DNA from: an uncultured bacterium
GTDB taxonomy: Bacteria > Babelota > Babeliae > Babelales > Vermiphilaceae
NCBI GenBank assembly: GCA_963702025.1
Contig: OY969699.1
Location: 96,001 to 160,000 of the forward strand
Direction: 5' to 3'
Length of the DNA: 64,000 nucleotides
Shown here: positions 1 through 10,597 of the stretch, one piece after another
Layout: each line of letters opens with the position of its first letter
Position numbering within the stretch: the stretch's first letter is position 1
The notes under the pieces: generated by a model
What the model saw: only the letters and a program-made list of their open reading frames with translations
Told to the model about the DNA's origin: nothing
The model's database searches: none
Translations under genes and position numbers: made by a program

Positions 1-505
1 TAGCTGCCTTTCTACCCAAATTTATTTTAAAGATGCCGTTTTCAAACCATTGCCATGCGATAAACAAAAAGCAATTTTAGATGCCGCAAAACAAAAAATT
101 TCAGAAGTTCTGGGTGTTAAAAAAGTATGGACCTATGATGAGCTGATGCAAACATGGTATGAACATGATCAGATTGAATCCTATTACAAAAGACAATTAT
201 ATCCTGGAAGAAGCGGTAATCTTATTATTCAGCCGTTTCCTTACTGCATTCCGGATGAATTTAAAACCGGCACCGGTCATCGCACACCATACCAACCTGA
301 TGTGCACGTTCCGCTTATTTTATATCAAAAGCATAATCTGGAAAAACGGGTAATTTATGATAAAGTTTGGACATTGCAATTGGCACCGAGCCTTGCACAC
401 ATTTTGCGCATACAACGTCCATCGGCATCAACATATCATTTACTGCCGGGCTTGATTGATTATGATCCTATTACGGGTGAAGTGTTACAAACAATAGTAT
501 TGTAG
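1..505 (+). CDS. Alkaline phosphatase/nucleotide pyrophosphatase superfamily protein (PafA-like), 3' part only; 5' end lies outside the window
   Basis: Frame open from position 2; C-terminal motif GTGHRTPYQPDVHVPLILY...LAPSLAHIL resembles the PafA GTTHGSPYxYDTHVPL...IAPTLA tail. Confidence 0.7.
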   Translation, partial: SCLSTQIYFKDAVFKPLPCDKQKAILDAAKQKISEVLGVKKVWTYDELMQTWYEHDQIESYYKRQLYPGRSGNLIIQPFPYCIPDEFKTGTGHRTPYQPDVHVPLILYQKHNLEKRVIYDKVWTLQLAPSLAHILRIQRPSASTYHLLPGLIDYDPITGEVLQTIVL

Positions 506-537
506 GATAAGGATGACTCTTTAATACTTATTGAATA

Positions 538-570
538 AAAAGAGACGCCTTTTACAGCGCCTCTCCTTTT
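538..570 (-). terminator. Rho-independent terminator between convergent genes
   Basis: Minus strand AGAGGCGC-loop-GCGTCTCT followed by a T tract. Confidence 0.55.
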
Positions 571-584
571 AATGCTCTCCGATT

Positions 585-995
585 TTACTCGATAGAAGCT
601 TTAAACTTGGCCAATTCAGCCTTTTCAGCTTCGTAGTATTGGCGACCCTTTGCTTCCCATGCTTGGCTGAGGTTTCTCCATTCTTCAAGATGCTTTTCAT
701 GCAATGCAATCATCTCATCAGTTTGGTTAGATAAGTAGACTGCTGCATCATCTGTTTTGCCAAGTGTGGCTATGTTGCTCTTAACAACATCCATGATCTG
801 TCTTTTGTGTTTTTTCATGATATCCAGTTTGGCATCATGATACCCTTTAGAGAAATCAAACCATTTATCTTTATGTTTTTGTTCCATAGAGATGTAGTTT
901 CTTGCATTTTTGGCAGCTACCGCTAAATCTGCTTCTGCATTGATTTCACTAACCAAAGGGACAGCTATTAATGCTGCAAAGATTAATTTCTTCAT
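585..995 (-). CDS. Secreted helical hypothetical protein
   Basis: MKK + hydrophobic core + AxA-type cleavage site; coiled-coil-like charged body. Confidence 0.75.
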   Translation of the reverse strand: MKKLIFAALIAVPLVSEINAEADLAVAAKNARNYISMEQKHKDKWFDFSKGYHDAKLDIMKKHKRQIMDVVKSNIATLGKTDDAAVYLSNQTDEMIALHEKHLEEWRNLSQAWEAKGRQYYEAEKAELAKFKASIE

Positions 996-1267
996 ATTAA
1001 ATCCTTTTTTTGGGCATTACTACTATCAAGAACAGGTTGCCAAACCTGATTTTCAAGAGCCAAAAGATCATCCTCTGGCTATTCTTAGACTAACAAATAC
1101 GAATGCCAAATTGCAATAGTTTATATTCAAAAAATCCTTTATTTTAGCTACTTTCAAAGGAATTAACCGGGCTCTTGCTCGTTCACCCATGATGCACTGC
1201 CACAAGTCAAGATAGAATTTTAAAAAGATAGAGAAAGTCCGTTTACTTGAGAATTTATGTGCCATCT

Positions 1268-1305
1268 AAAAAAATAAGCCCCGGATTTTCTTCGGGGCAT
1301 TATTT
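1268..1305. terminator. Intrinsic terminator-like hairpin
   Basis: GCCCCG...CGGGGC stem flanked by A and T tracts. Confidence 0.55.
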
Positions 1306-1357
1306 TGAAATACTAAAACTCAACATTAAAGAAATTTCGGCTCGCGCCTTAATCCAA

Positions 1358-1702
1358 TTACTTGATATTAATCTTATACAGTTTTTCGGCAATTGTTGCT
1401 CCGTGTTGGCTCTGGCATTGAAACGTCATCGATGTTTCTCCCGCTTTCAAAGCAAGATAGGTCAAACTATGATTTTGCCCACCACAACTTTCGGTAGCAT
1501 ATTTGGATGGGGAAAAAGAATCTCCGATCAATCGGACTGCTTCTGGATCGGCTACAACACACCGCCATTTGGTCATTAACTGCCCACCCTCAAAAAGTGT
1601 AATAATAAATCGCTTACCTTTATGAGCATCAATGGTTTCTTGCTGCATGGCATACAATGAACCTACCAATGAGAGTGTGGCAAATACTATTTTATTCTTC
1701 AT
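1358..1702 (-). CDS. Secreted small protein, chagasin/I42 protease-inhibitor-like fold (divergent)
   Basis: Signal peptide; pattern KGKRFIITL..W..CGGQ..LTYLALKAGETSMTF..YKINIK parallels chagasin strands; canonical NPTTGY and RPW loops are absent. Confidence 0.5.
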   Translation of the reverse strand: MKNKIVFATLSLVGSLYAMQQETIDAHKGKRFIITLFEGGQLMTKWRCVVADPEAVRLIGDSFSPSKYATESCGGQNHSLTYLALKAGETSMTFQCQSQHGATIAEKLYKINIK

Positions 1703-1776
1703 CAGAAATCCTTACTAAGAGATTATTTAGATTAGCAAGGAAATTACCGCGATTTTTTTAAAAAATCAATCTCAAT

Positions 1777-3870
1777 TCAAAAACCCATATCAAGTAAAAA
1801 TGCTTCCTGATTTGGCTCACGGCCCAAGAAATCTTTAAGCAAGTCATTGGGATCTTTGCTGCCACCTTTACCAATCACATTTTTGATGTACCGTTGGCCG
1901 GTGGCAGAATTAAGCAATCCGGCTTTTTTAATCTCAGAAAACAGATCGTGCGCAAATACTGATGACCACATATAGCCATAATAACGTGCGCCGTAGCCCG
2001 TTAGATGGCCAAACGATGCGTACTGATGATCCGTTGGTTCAAACTGTATGCCATAGATAAATTCATTAAACTCTTTTTTAATCAATGCATCTAAATCCAT
2101 CTGAGGACCATTATTAAAGCAATCGAGTGATAGCTTGGCAAGGTATAATTGTCGAACAGTATGAAACCCGGAATCAAAAGTGCGAGATCTTAAAATTGAT
2201 GCAATAAGATCATCCGGCAATGGTTGGCCGGTTTGATAATGTTTGCTCACCATTTTTAAAATATCAGGATTCCAGAGCCACTCTTCCAGCATTTGTGATG
2301 GCATCTCAACAAAATCTCTTTTAACTCTTGTACCGGCAAACGAGGCTACCGCTGTCCTGCCCAGCAAGGCATGCATTGCATGGCCAAACTCATGAAAGAA
2401 GGTGTTAACCTCTTTGAGGGTAAGCAACGATGGTTTATCCACCAACGGTTTGGTGAAATTGGCAATAACAATTACCACACCAACGGTAGGCTCACCATTT
2501 TTGTGGTAAGTAACCGGCAGCATGGTGTGCTCACAGGCATGATTGAATTTATTAGGACGCGGAAAGAGATCTAAAAACAGAAACCCAACTGTTTTATTAA
2601 TCGTCTTATCAATAACTTCAATCAAACGGACATCAGCATCCCATAATCCTGAAGCGGGTAATTGTTTAAGTTCAAGACTTAAAAATTCTTCATAAATGTG
2701 CAACAATCCATCAACAGTTTCCTGCATCGGAAAATATTCAGCAACAACTGCTTCATCAACATTGTATTTTTTGAGTTTGTAATAATTTTTTAAATAGAAC
2801 ACATCCCATGGGCGCAATTTGCCATCTTTGGTAAGTTCAACTCCGGCAGGAATATCTTGCATAAATGCTTTAAATTCTTGCATCGCTTTTACTTGAGCTT
2901 TCTTGTTTAAATCAGCAATAAATTGCGCCGCTCGGGCAGGCGATTTAACCATTTGATCATCAAGTTCCAATGCCGCATAGGTTGCAAAGCCAAGAGCTTG
3001 GGCCAATTGATATCTTTTTGCAATCAAATCTTCCAATACTTTTTTGTTCGCCGGGTAGGATCGATTAATACTTGCGTGCCATAATTTTTTTCTGGTTTGC
3101 GGAACTGAACAATTGGTCATAACCGCAAGATAAGTTGCTGTATCAATACCAACAATATATTTACCAGCTTCAGTTTTCTTTAAACTTGCAATAAAATCAT
3201 CTTTCATGCCTGCAAGATCATCTTTTTCTACTTCGATGGTACTTTGATCGTCAGCAATATTTTTATCAAATTCGAGTTCAAGCGCTACAATTTCTTTTTT
3301 GAGCGCAATAATTTTTTCCCGTTGATCATCGGGCAAATTAAGGCCGGCGCGTTCAAATTCTTTGAGTGTTTCATCTATAAAGCGCTGTTGCTCAGCGGAA
3401 AGAACTTCATTTTTAGCGTTGCCGTGGGCGTAGGCCTTTAAAGCTTCATACAGTTTTTTATTACTTTCCACGTTTTCGATGAAAAAATTCTGTGTTTCTT
3501 GCATGGTGTCGCGTGCCACATCTCGCAATTCTTTATTCGGATTCACCATATCAACCGTTGCATTAATAGATGCATTAATTACCGCAGGAGAAAATCCGCC
3601 AAGCCGGTCAAGAGCACCAACAGTATTTTCATAGGTGCGCTGATCATCGGGAATCGCAATGATGTTGTTTATTGTCTCTTGTGCTTGATCAAGATATAAT
3701 TTTGTTCTTTGCTTTATTTCAGAAACAGATTTGGGAAAGAGCGCAATCGCATCTTGGGCAGATTTCACCGTATCAAGGGCATGAATCATAGAGGGCCTTC
3801 TATAAAAAAAATATACTATAACCAGCGTTGCTACTATCGCTAAGGCAATAAGACGTCCATTCTTTATCAT
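1777..3870 (-). CDS. M3 family (thimet/oligopeptidase A-like) Zn metallopeptidase with N-terminal anchor
   Basis: FFHEFGHAMH, DFVEMPSQMLE, FGHLTGYGARYYGYMWS motifs. Confidence 0.93.
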   Translation of the reverse strand: MIKNGRLIALAIVATLVIVYFFYRRPSMIHALDTVKSAQDAIALFPKSVSEIKQRTKLYLDQAQETINNIIAIPDDQRTYENTVGALDRLGGFSPAVINASINATVDMVNPNKELRDVARDTMQETQNFFIENVESNKKLYEALKAYAHGNAKNEVLSAEQQRFIDETLKEFERAGLNLPDDQREKIIALKKEIVALELEFDKNIADDQSTIEVEKDDLAGMKDDFIASLKKTEAGKYIVGIDTATYLAVMTNCSVPQTRKKLWHASINRSYPANKKVLEDLIAKRYQLAQALGFATYAALELDDQMVKSPARAAQFIADLNKKAQVKAMQEFKAFMQDIPAGVELTKDGKLRPWDVFYLKNYYKLKKYNVDEAVVAEYFPMQETVDGLLHIYEEFLSLELKQLPASGLWDADVRLIEVIDKTINKTVGFLFLDLFPRPNKFNHACEHTMLPVTYHKNGEPTVGVVIVIANFTKPLVDKPSLLTLKEVNTFFHEFGHAMHALLGRTAVASFAGTRVKRDFVEMPSQMLEEWLWNPDILKMVSKHYQTGQPLPDDLIASILRSRTFDSGFHTVRQLYLAKLSLDCFNNGPQMDLDALIKKEFNEFIYGIQFEPTDHQYASFGHLTGYGARYYGYMWSSVFAHDLFSEIKKAGLLNSATGQRYIKNVIGKGGSKDPNDLLKDFLGREPNQEAFLLDMGF

Positions 3871-3874
3871 ATTT

Positions 3875-5869
3875 TCATCCTTTTATTTCACTTAAAGCTT
3901 TTTGTAAAGAAAACCACTCATCACGAAGCGCAATAGCCTTTTCAAAATCAAGCGCTTCTGCTGCTTTGCTCATTTCGATTTCAATTTCAGCAATTCGCGT
4001 TTCAATTTCCGGCAGGGTTTTTGGCGCTTCTTTTTTCTTTTTCTTCGTTTTAGCGGCGGATGCTTGCGCAATCGCTTTTTGTAAATCGGTGATACTTTTG
4101 GTTACTTCCCGCTTCACACTCACCGGTGTAATTCCATGCGCTTTATTAAATGCTTCTTGCAATGCTCTGCGCCGATTGGTTTCATCGATAGCGCCTTTCA
4201 TAGATTGCGTTACTTTATCTGCATACATTAGCACCCGCGATTGGGTATTCCGCGCAGCACGGCCGATTATCTGGATAAGCGATCGCTTGTCTCTTAAGAA
4301 ACTTTCAATATCCGCATCCATAATAGCAACAAGTGCAAGCTCAGGCAAATCGATACCCTCACGCAATAAATTAACCCCAACAAGACAGTCAAAAATGCCC
4401 AATCGCAACTTTTGCAGAAGTTCGGTGCGTTGTGGCGTCTTTAATTCACTATGCAAGTAACAGACCTTTATCTTTCTTTCTTCTAAATAACGAGCCATAT
4501 CTTCGGCTAATTTTTTTGTGAGCACGATCACCAAACTACGAAATCCCTTTTGCGTAGTTTCTTCTATTTCTTTAACGAGATTATCTATTTGCCCTACACG
4601 CGGACGAACTTCAATGGGCGGATCAACCAAACCGGTCGGGCGAATAATTTGTTCAACCAGACTATCCGAATGTTGCAACTCATAGTCGCCGGGGGTCGCT
4701 GAAACAAAGACAACATCTTTAAAATAACCTTCAATCTCTTCAAATTTTAACGGCCGATTATCAAACGCCGAAGGCAAGCGGAATCCAAATTCGATTAATG
4801 ATTTTTTACGCGCGCGATCTCCTGCATACATGCCGCGCAACTGAGGCAATGCCATATGAGATTCATCAATAACAAGCAAAAATTCATCTTCAAAGAAATC
4901 AAACAATGAATGTGGTTGTTGGCCCTCGGTTCTGCCATCAAAATGGGCCGAATAGTTTTCTATACCCGAACAATAGCCAACCTCTTGCATCATCTCAAGA
5001 TCATGTGAAACACGTTTTTCTATACGCTCTTTGTAAATAGGGTTAGTAATTTGTGGCGCCCATTCAAGAAGCTCATTTTTGATACTTTCTATGGCCATTT
5101 TAAATTGTTTTTCAGTCGTCACAAAATGCTTTGCGGGGAACACGATTGTATCATCAACCGTTTGCACAACAGTGTTATTCATCTTGTTAACCCATTGCAT
5201 ACCTTCAATAGAGTCACCAAAAAGTTCGATGCGTAACTTTTCTTTTTGATACGGAATTTGCACTTCTACTGAGTTGCCCATAACTTGGAATGTTCCGGCT
5301 CGGCGATCCATTTCATTTCGCTCATACTGGATATGAATCAGTTTATGCAAAAGATCTCTTCTGCTGATTTTTTGTCCAACTGTTAAGGGCACCGCCAATT
5401 TCTTATAATCGCTGGGATTACCCAAAGAATAGATGCAAGAAACTGAAGCAACAATAATCACATCTTTTCGATGCATAAGAGAAGCAGTTGCCTCAATGCG
5501 CAGGCGTTCAATCTCACTGTTTACTTTTGTTTCTTTGGGCACATAAATATCCTGTGCGGGCAAATATGATTCAGGCTGATAATAATCGTAGTAACTCACA
5601 AAATAGCAGACTTTATTTTCCGGGAAAAACAATGAAAACTCTTCATAAAGCTGCGCCGCCAAGGTTTTATTGGGCGCCAAAACCAACACCGGCTTATTCT
5701 GATTGGCAATAACATGTGCCATTGAATAGGTTTTTCCAGACCCTGTAACGCCCATTAAGGTAGAAATACCTGGACGCGCCTGCGTTAATTTCTTTATTGC
5801 CGCAGGTTGACTTCCTGCCGGAGCAAAAGGAGAATGCAATTTGAATAATTTTCCCATAGCAAACTTCAT
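3875..5869 (-). CDS. uvrB: Excinuclease ABC subunit B
   Basis: GVTGSGKT, YYDYYQPE hairpin, DESH, SATPG, QIIGRAARN, C-terminal UVR domain. Confidence 0.98.
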   Translation of the reverse strand: MKFAMGKLFKLHSPFAPAGSQPAAIKKLTQARPGISTLMGVTGSGKTYSMAHVIANQNKPVLVLAPNKTLAAQLYEEFSLFFPENKVCYFVSYYDYYQPESYLPAQDIYVPKETKVNSEIERLRIEATASLMHRKDVIIVASVSCIYSLGNPSDYKKLAVPLTVGQKISRRDLLHKLIHIQYERNEMDRRAGTFQVMGNSVEVQIPYQKEKLRIELFGDSIEGMQWVNKMNNTVVQTVDDTIVFPAKHFVTTEKQFKMAIESIKNELLEWAPQITNPIYKERIEKRVSHDLEMMQEVGYCSGIENYSAHFDGRTEGQQPHSLFDFFEDEFLLVIDESHMALPQLRGMYAGDRARKKSLIEFGFRLPSAFDNRPLKFEEIEGYFKDVVFVSATPGDYELQHSDSLVEQIIRPTGLVDPPIEVRPRVGQIDNLVKEIEETTQKGFRSLVIVLTKKLAEDMARYLEERKIKVCYLHSELKTPQRTELLQKLRLGIFDCLVGVNLLREGIDLPELALVAIMDADIESFLRDKRSLIQIIGRAARNTQSRVLMYADKVTQSMKGAIDETNRRRALQEAFNKAHGITPVSVKREVTKSITDLQKAIAQASAAKTKKKKKEAPKTLPEIETRIAEIEIEMSKAAEALDFEKAIALRDEWFSLQKALSEIKG

Positions 5870-6067
5870 TTTTTTATTGAGAATTAAACTATTTAATATT
5901 ACAATTATCTTGCCAAATCGTCAAGATCCACCTCTATTTCTAGGTTCTACTTGAAACAAAGTAAAAAAGCCGTAAAGTATTAAAAATATCGCGATATGTA
6001 ATTAAGCATAAACGATTTAATAATAATTTTAGTCAATTGCCTTCAGAAAAAAATTAGCAAATAGTTC

Positions 6068-6811
6068 ATGAAAAACCTACTTTTTATTTTATGCACCATT
6101 TTATTTTCCTTTAAAGTCCAATGCATGCTGCCCGAGGGCGACATAGACAGATTACCTCTGACCTCAATCGATTTTACAATAAAACAACATTTTCAAGAGC
6201 GTTACGAACAGGACATCACCAAAGCTTTGGCAGAAGAAATGACAACGGAAGAAGAACAACATGAAGAGATTAAACGAGAACATGTGATTGAACAACCAAT
6301 AGTGGCAATTAAACAAGAAGAAAATGATGAAGGCCATGTACTTCTTTTAGAAAATATTTATCAGAAGACTCGAGATCATGTAAAAGCAACCCCCTCGTAT
6401 ATTTTAGGAGAAAAAAATAGTGAAGAAGAACTATCCAATAATGAATCTTTCGATGATGATTTTAGCAGCAATGATCTCGATGATGAAACTCATTGTAAAT
6501 TGGATAGAAAATTGTTCTTTCGTATGTCTGCCCGAGAAGGAAAAAAAATTCAAAAAAAATTGGCCGAAGATCCTCAGCCACTTACTTATTATATGGACCA
6601 ATTGCTTGAGAGAGTTATGGCTAATCGGCACGACGAAAAATCATCACCAGAATTGCGCATAGTTAAGCAAAAAAATAAGCCGTATCTCTACAGCATAAAG
6701 CTTTCATATAAAAAAGTACGCAAAAGAATAAAAAAAAATCGTGCAACCCCTTTTTTGTTATCAAGAATCAAAAAAAATCCTAAAAGATCAAGGAAAGTGA
6801 TTAACTCCTAG
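6068..6811 (+). CDS. Secreted hypothetical protein with acidic middle and Lys/Arg-rich C-terminus
   Basis: 247-aa ORF with signal peptide. Confidence 0.7.
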   Translation: MKNLLFILCTILFSFKVQCMLPEGDIDRLPLTSIDFTIKQHFQERYEQDITKALAEEMTTEEEQHEEIKREHVIEQPIVAIKQEENDEGHVLLLENIYQKTRDHVKATPSYILGEKNSEEELSNNESFDDDFSSNDLDDETHCKLDRKLFFRMSAREGKKIQKKLAEDPQPLTYYMDQLLERVMANRHDEKSSPELRIVKQKNKPYLYSIKLSYKKVRKRIKKNRATPFLLSRIKKNPKRSRKVINS

Positions 6812-7459
6812 TTTTTGCCAGTCACTGTTAAATTTTTCTATGCCTTGATCGGTCAATGGATTTGAAATTGCTTTTTCAAATATCTCAACCGGCAATGTTA
6901 TCGCATCGGCTCCGGCATTCAGCGCGCCATGAAAATCATGCACATCGCGAATGGAGGCAGCCAAAATTTTCGTGTCAAATCCATAAAAATCTATCATCTC
7001 TCTCATTTGGGGAATAAATGACATGCCATCAACATCAATATCGTTCCAGCGGCCAATAAAGGGCGAAATATAATAAACCCCTAACTTACTCATCATTAAA
7101 CTTTGCAGCACCGTAAATACTAAGGTAATATTAAGCTTTATTTTCTCATCAACAAGCTTTTTAATAACTTCATAATAACGCGCATGACAGGGAATCTTTA
7201 CCCATACATTCGGCGCTAATTGGGCAATCTCTTTTGCTTGGAGATACATCTCAGCGGGTTCAAGCTTAGTCACCTCGATGCTAATTTGCCCCTGCGGTAA
7301 TAGTTTACAAATTTCCATCACAATTTTTTTGGGATCCCCGCCCTCTCTGCTCAAATTACTCGGATTGGTAGTAATGCCATCGATCAACCCGGTCGGAATA
7401 TATTTTTTTATATGGGGAATATTGGCAGTATCTAAAAATATCTTCATTAATCCACTCAC
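6788..7459 (-). CDS. tal: Transaldolase / fructose-6-phosphate aldolase family
   Basis: IFLDTA, GITTNPS, VKIP (Schiff-base Lys), NITLVF, YISPFIGR, ILAASIR; start may be at the second Met. Confidence 0.92.
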   Translation of the reverse strand: MSGLMKIFLDTANIPHIKKYIPTGLIDGITTNPSNLSREGGDPKKIVMEICKLLPQGQISIEVTKLEPAEMYLQAKEIAQLAPNVWVKIPCHARYYEVIKKLVDEKIKLNITLVFTVLQSLMMSKLGVYYISPFIGRWNDIDVDGMSFIPQMREMIDFYGFDTKILAASIRDVHDFHGALNAGADAITLPVEIFEKAISNPLTDQGIEKFNSDWQKLGVNHFP

Positions 7460-7462
7460 CTG

Positions 7463-10400
7463 CTAACGAATCGTATAAAAGGTTATCATTGTAACGATAA
7501 ACCAGGCACCAAACTCAATGGGCCAAAATAAAATTTCAAAATAGGGGGTTAATGTTTCCAGCATAAACCGCTGGAAAGATCTGATTTTAATGGTCAGTAC
7601 ATGCACAATAAGAAGCAAAATCGTGATATAGGTGAAAAAGAAGAAATATTCAATATACAATAATTCACCGGCTTGATACTGGCTGCGCAATGTCTGATGC
7701 AATAAGATCAGCGAAAAAAAGACCGCAACGTATGCGCTCAATGATGAGAACATGTCATTGTATTTGCCACGCCGTATAGACACTAAGAAAATTGCGTAAA
7801 TTGAAAATAAAATGATCAAGAGCGGCAACAAGAATACGATAAATGGATTGGTCAATTTACGGGCAAGAATAAGATTATAATGCAAGCGTGGTTTTTCTGT
7901 TACATTCCTGAGTAGTTCTAATCCAATCTCATCAAACGCCGGAATTGGTATATAGCTAAAAAATGAACGCTCAAACGTGAACCCCGGAACATTAAGCTCA
8001 TTGCTAACACCGGGCAACGGATCAATATCAAATGATTTATAACTACTAAAATCAGGTACGAGAATAACATTGTTTACAAAATCAATACTCGTTACCACCA
8101 GATCTACATGAACACGATCAAAAGGGAACCAGGAAAAACGATGCTTTTGAAAGAATGTTGCTTCAACATCCCATCCGAGTATTTGCCCATCAGTATCTTC
8201 CTTATTTAAGATTTCTCGTACTTTAATTACCGTCGCTTCGGGAAATCTTATTCCTTGTATAACCGAATTTGTTGATTTAAATCGTTGCCATACATTGAGC
8301 GAAACCGTAATTTTATTCGGTTCAGCCAATGAGATAGAATTAATCAAAATGCCGGTTGGCACTATTATCGGTTTTTTCTCATTTCTTTGTTCAGCGTCGA
8401 GATTCAAAAATGCAACATATTTGTCTAAACTTATTTGATCTCGAATAATGATACTCTCACTACTGGGCTGATACGGGGCTCTTCCGGTAATTACCCAAAA
8501 AACTATTAACGCAATTACTAAAAGTGCGGTAACAAATACCGCCCATTCTTCTAATTTTTTTAATGTAAAATGTGCAAGGTCAACAAGATAGGTAATAAGA
8601 AATATAAAGGCAATTACCAATAATATTAATATCCATATCTCTTGTTTATGCATTCTTTGTAATGGCAGATCAAGAGATTCTTGCGAAAATAATACGGCAA
8701 CTACCCAGTTTGTAGATTTAATATGCTCAAAGTATATCCAATGCCGCAATCCATTTACCGTGTCAAAATAAGAATCAAAACTGCGATTTTTCTTCTTTAT
8801 CTCTTCCATAATATCTTTAAATTCAGGATTGTTTTGCTCTTGCGTAATATCCAGTAATGTTATCTGCTGTGAAGCATATTGGGCCAAAGGATGATAAATT
8901 ATTCTACCGGCAAGGGAAGTTATAATCGGGTAACCGGTTTTGCCCACTTCAACTTGCCGTATGCTTTGCAAAATCTTATCCATACGGTACACAATCATAA
9001 CAACACCGTCAGGCTCTTGTGAACCGTTAAGATAAAAAGGAAGGGCATAAAGCACCAATTGTTTTTTAATTTCCGGTTCATAAAAAGGATATGACCAAAA
9101 AGCACCTTTTTTTAACGCTTTATCAAACCATCCTTCCAACGGGTTTTTATCGGATCCAGGGATCATATAATCGTTAGTAAGCTCGCCTACTTGCATTTGT
9201 CCGTCAGCATCTCTTGCTGCTTGCAGGGCATACAATCTTCTTTGCGAATCAAAACGAAACGGTGCGTATGAAACGGTAATACTAACGGTATCCGGAAACT
9301 CTTTCAAATCTCTTTGTAATCGAATTTTAAGATCCTCTTTTTTGAGCATTTCGTTGCGTAAATCTTGCGCAATCGATTCTGCAACTCTCTCTATACCGGT
9401 GGTGTATTGCTCTATTGCATTAACTTGCGTATGAACCTTGAACTCCGCCAGTTCTTTGGTTGCGTTAAAAACTGACCAATGGGTTTGATACCGAATATAA
9501 ATTAAGAGCATTGCTGCGATAAAAGCTGTCATAAAGCCAATAAGAGAAATCGCTTTTAAAAAACGGTATGACTTCAAAAAAGAAAAAACTCGTTTAAAAT
9601 ACCAGGTATGACGGTAATCAAAAATTAATATTCCGAGCGCAATACATAAAATGAGAAGCAAAATACGATAACTAATTCTAAAAATAGAATACGGACTCAA
9701 AAGTTCGCTCATTTGAATGCCATCAGTGAGCCCAAGGTCAAGTTGCGGCACAAAAAGCCATGCGGCAGCAACCTCTATGCCAAACGAATCAATAATAACG
9801 CCCGAGCCCGAAAAACCCAGCGATGCGCGTCGCGCAGGAGTAATCGCATATTTATCCGGATTGGTTATTTTTTTGAATGCTACATTCGGGTATAAACGGG
9901 ATGGCGCAACAAAAAGTACCCGATCAACTATTTGCTTAGTAACAAAAATGTCACCGGTTTTACCCAAACCCTCATAATTCTGAATAATTTTATATAAAAT
10001 ATCTTCATCAATCAGTACCGCCAGCACGCCTACAAATTTATTTTCATTCATCACCGGAACTGAGATAAAAAGTGCGGGCATACGTGCCACCGGATCATTA
10101 CTAAACTCACTCACATCAATCGTAAGTGATAAACGAACTCGCTCAAATGACTGAGCCAAAGCACTTTTATTGAGTAGTTTTAAGAGATTTTTTTCTTCAA
10201 AAAGATCCATCTTACTTGTATAAAACATGGAGCCATCAGGCTGAACGAGAATGATATCTTTATACAAAAACTGTGATTGATAGTTATTCAGAAATTTATC
10301 TAATTTGACTTCAATCTTTTTGTATTCTGGATCAGTAATAGTACCGGTAAATGTTGCCGATAACTGAGTAAAGAGATCCACAAATTCAGCATTTTGCGCA

Positions 10401-10597
10401 AGTTTGCTGCATGCCGCTCGCTGGCTGATAAGCGCTTGGATAATTTGTTGTTTTCTATCCCTTGCAATGGCAATTAATCCCTGTTCAGTTTTTTTTGCAA
10501 GAGTAAAACGCGCGTACCAGTATCTTATAAAACAATAACTGGCAGCAAAAAATACCACTATACAAATTATCTTTTTCAGCCAGTTTGACGTGACCAT
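7463..10597 (-). CDS. Dual Cache-domain membrane protein fused to a pentameric ligand-gated ion channel (Pro-loop) module
   Basis: Two TM-flanked Cache-like regions ending GLGKTGDIFV and VGKTGYPIITS..GRIIYHP; C-terminal beta-rich ECD with W and FPFD Pro-loop, pre-M1 R, M1 with LLP, four terminal TM helices. Confidence 0.8.
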   Translation of the reverse strand: MVTSNWLKKIICIVVFFAASYCFIRYWYARFTLAKKTEQGLIAIARDRKQQIIQALISQRAACSKLAQNAEFVDLFTQLSATFTGTITDPEYKKIEVKLDKFLNNYQSQFLYKDIILVQPDGSMFYTSKMDLFEEKNLLKLLNKSALAQSFERVRLSLTIDVSEFSNDPVARMPALFISVPVMNENKFVGVLAVLIDEDILYKIIQNYEGLGKTGDIFVTKQIVDRVLFVAPSRLYPNVAFKKITNPDKYAITPARRASLGFSGSGVIIDSFGIEVAAAWLFVPQLDLGLTDGIQMSELLSPYSIFRISYRILLLILCIALGILIFDYRHTWYFKRVFSFLKSYRFLKAISLIGFMTAFIAAMLLIYIRYQTHWSVFNATKELAEFKVHTQVNAIEQYTTGIERVAESIAQDLRNEMLKKEDLKIRLQRDLKEFPDTVSITVSYAPFRFDSQRRLYALQAARDADGQMQVGELTNDYMIPGSDKNPLEGWFDKALKKGAFWSYPFYEPEIKKQLVLYALPFYLNGSQEPDGVVMIVYRMDKILQSIRQVEVGKTGYPIITSLAGRIIYHPLAQYASQQITLLDITQEQNNPEFKDIMEEIKKKNRSFDSYFDTVNGLRHWIYFEHIKSTNWVVAVLFSQESLDLPLQRMHKQEIWILILLVIAFIFLITYLVDLAHFTLKKLEEWAVFVTALLVIALIVFWVITGRAPYQPSSESIIIRDQISLDKYVAFLNLDAEQRNEKKPIIVPTGILINSISLAEPNKITVSLNVWQRFKSTNSVIQGIRFPEATVIKVREILNKEDTDGQILGWDVEATFFQKHRFSWFPFDRVHVDLVVTSIDFVNNVILVPDFSSYKSFDIDPLPGVSNELNVPGFTFERSFFSYIPIPAFDEIGLELLRNVTEKPRLHYNLILARKLTNPFIVFLLPLLIILFSIYAIFLVSIRRGKYNDMFSSLSAYVAVFFSLILLHQTLRSQYQAGELLYIEYFFFFTYITILLLIVHVLTIKIRSFQRFMLETLTPYFEILFWPIEFGAWFIVTMITFYTIR

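Noticed and set aside
910..1579. Small ORFs 910..1119, 1068..1265, 1247..1579 and other antisense ORFs in the track
   Set aside because: They are shadows of real genes or span terminators, with no SD or protein-like features
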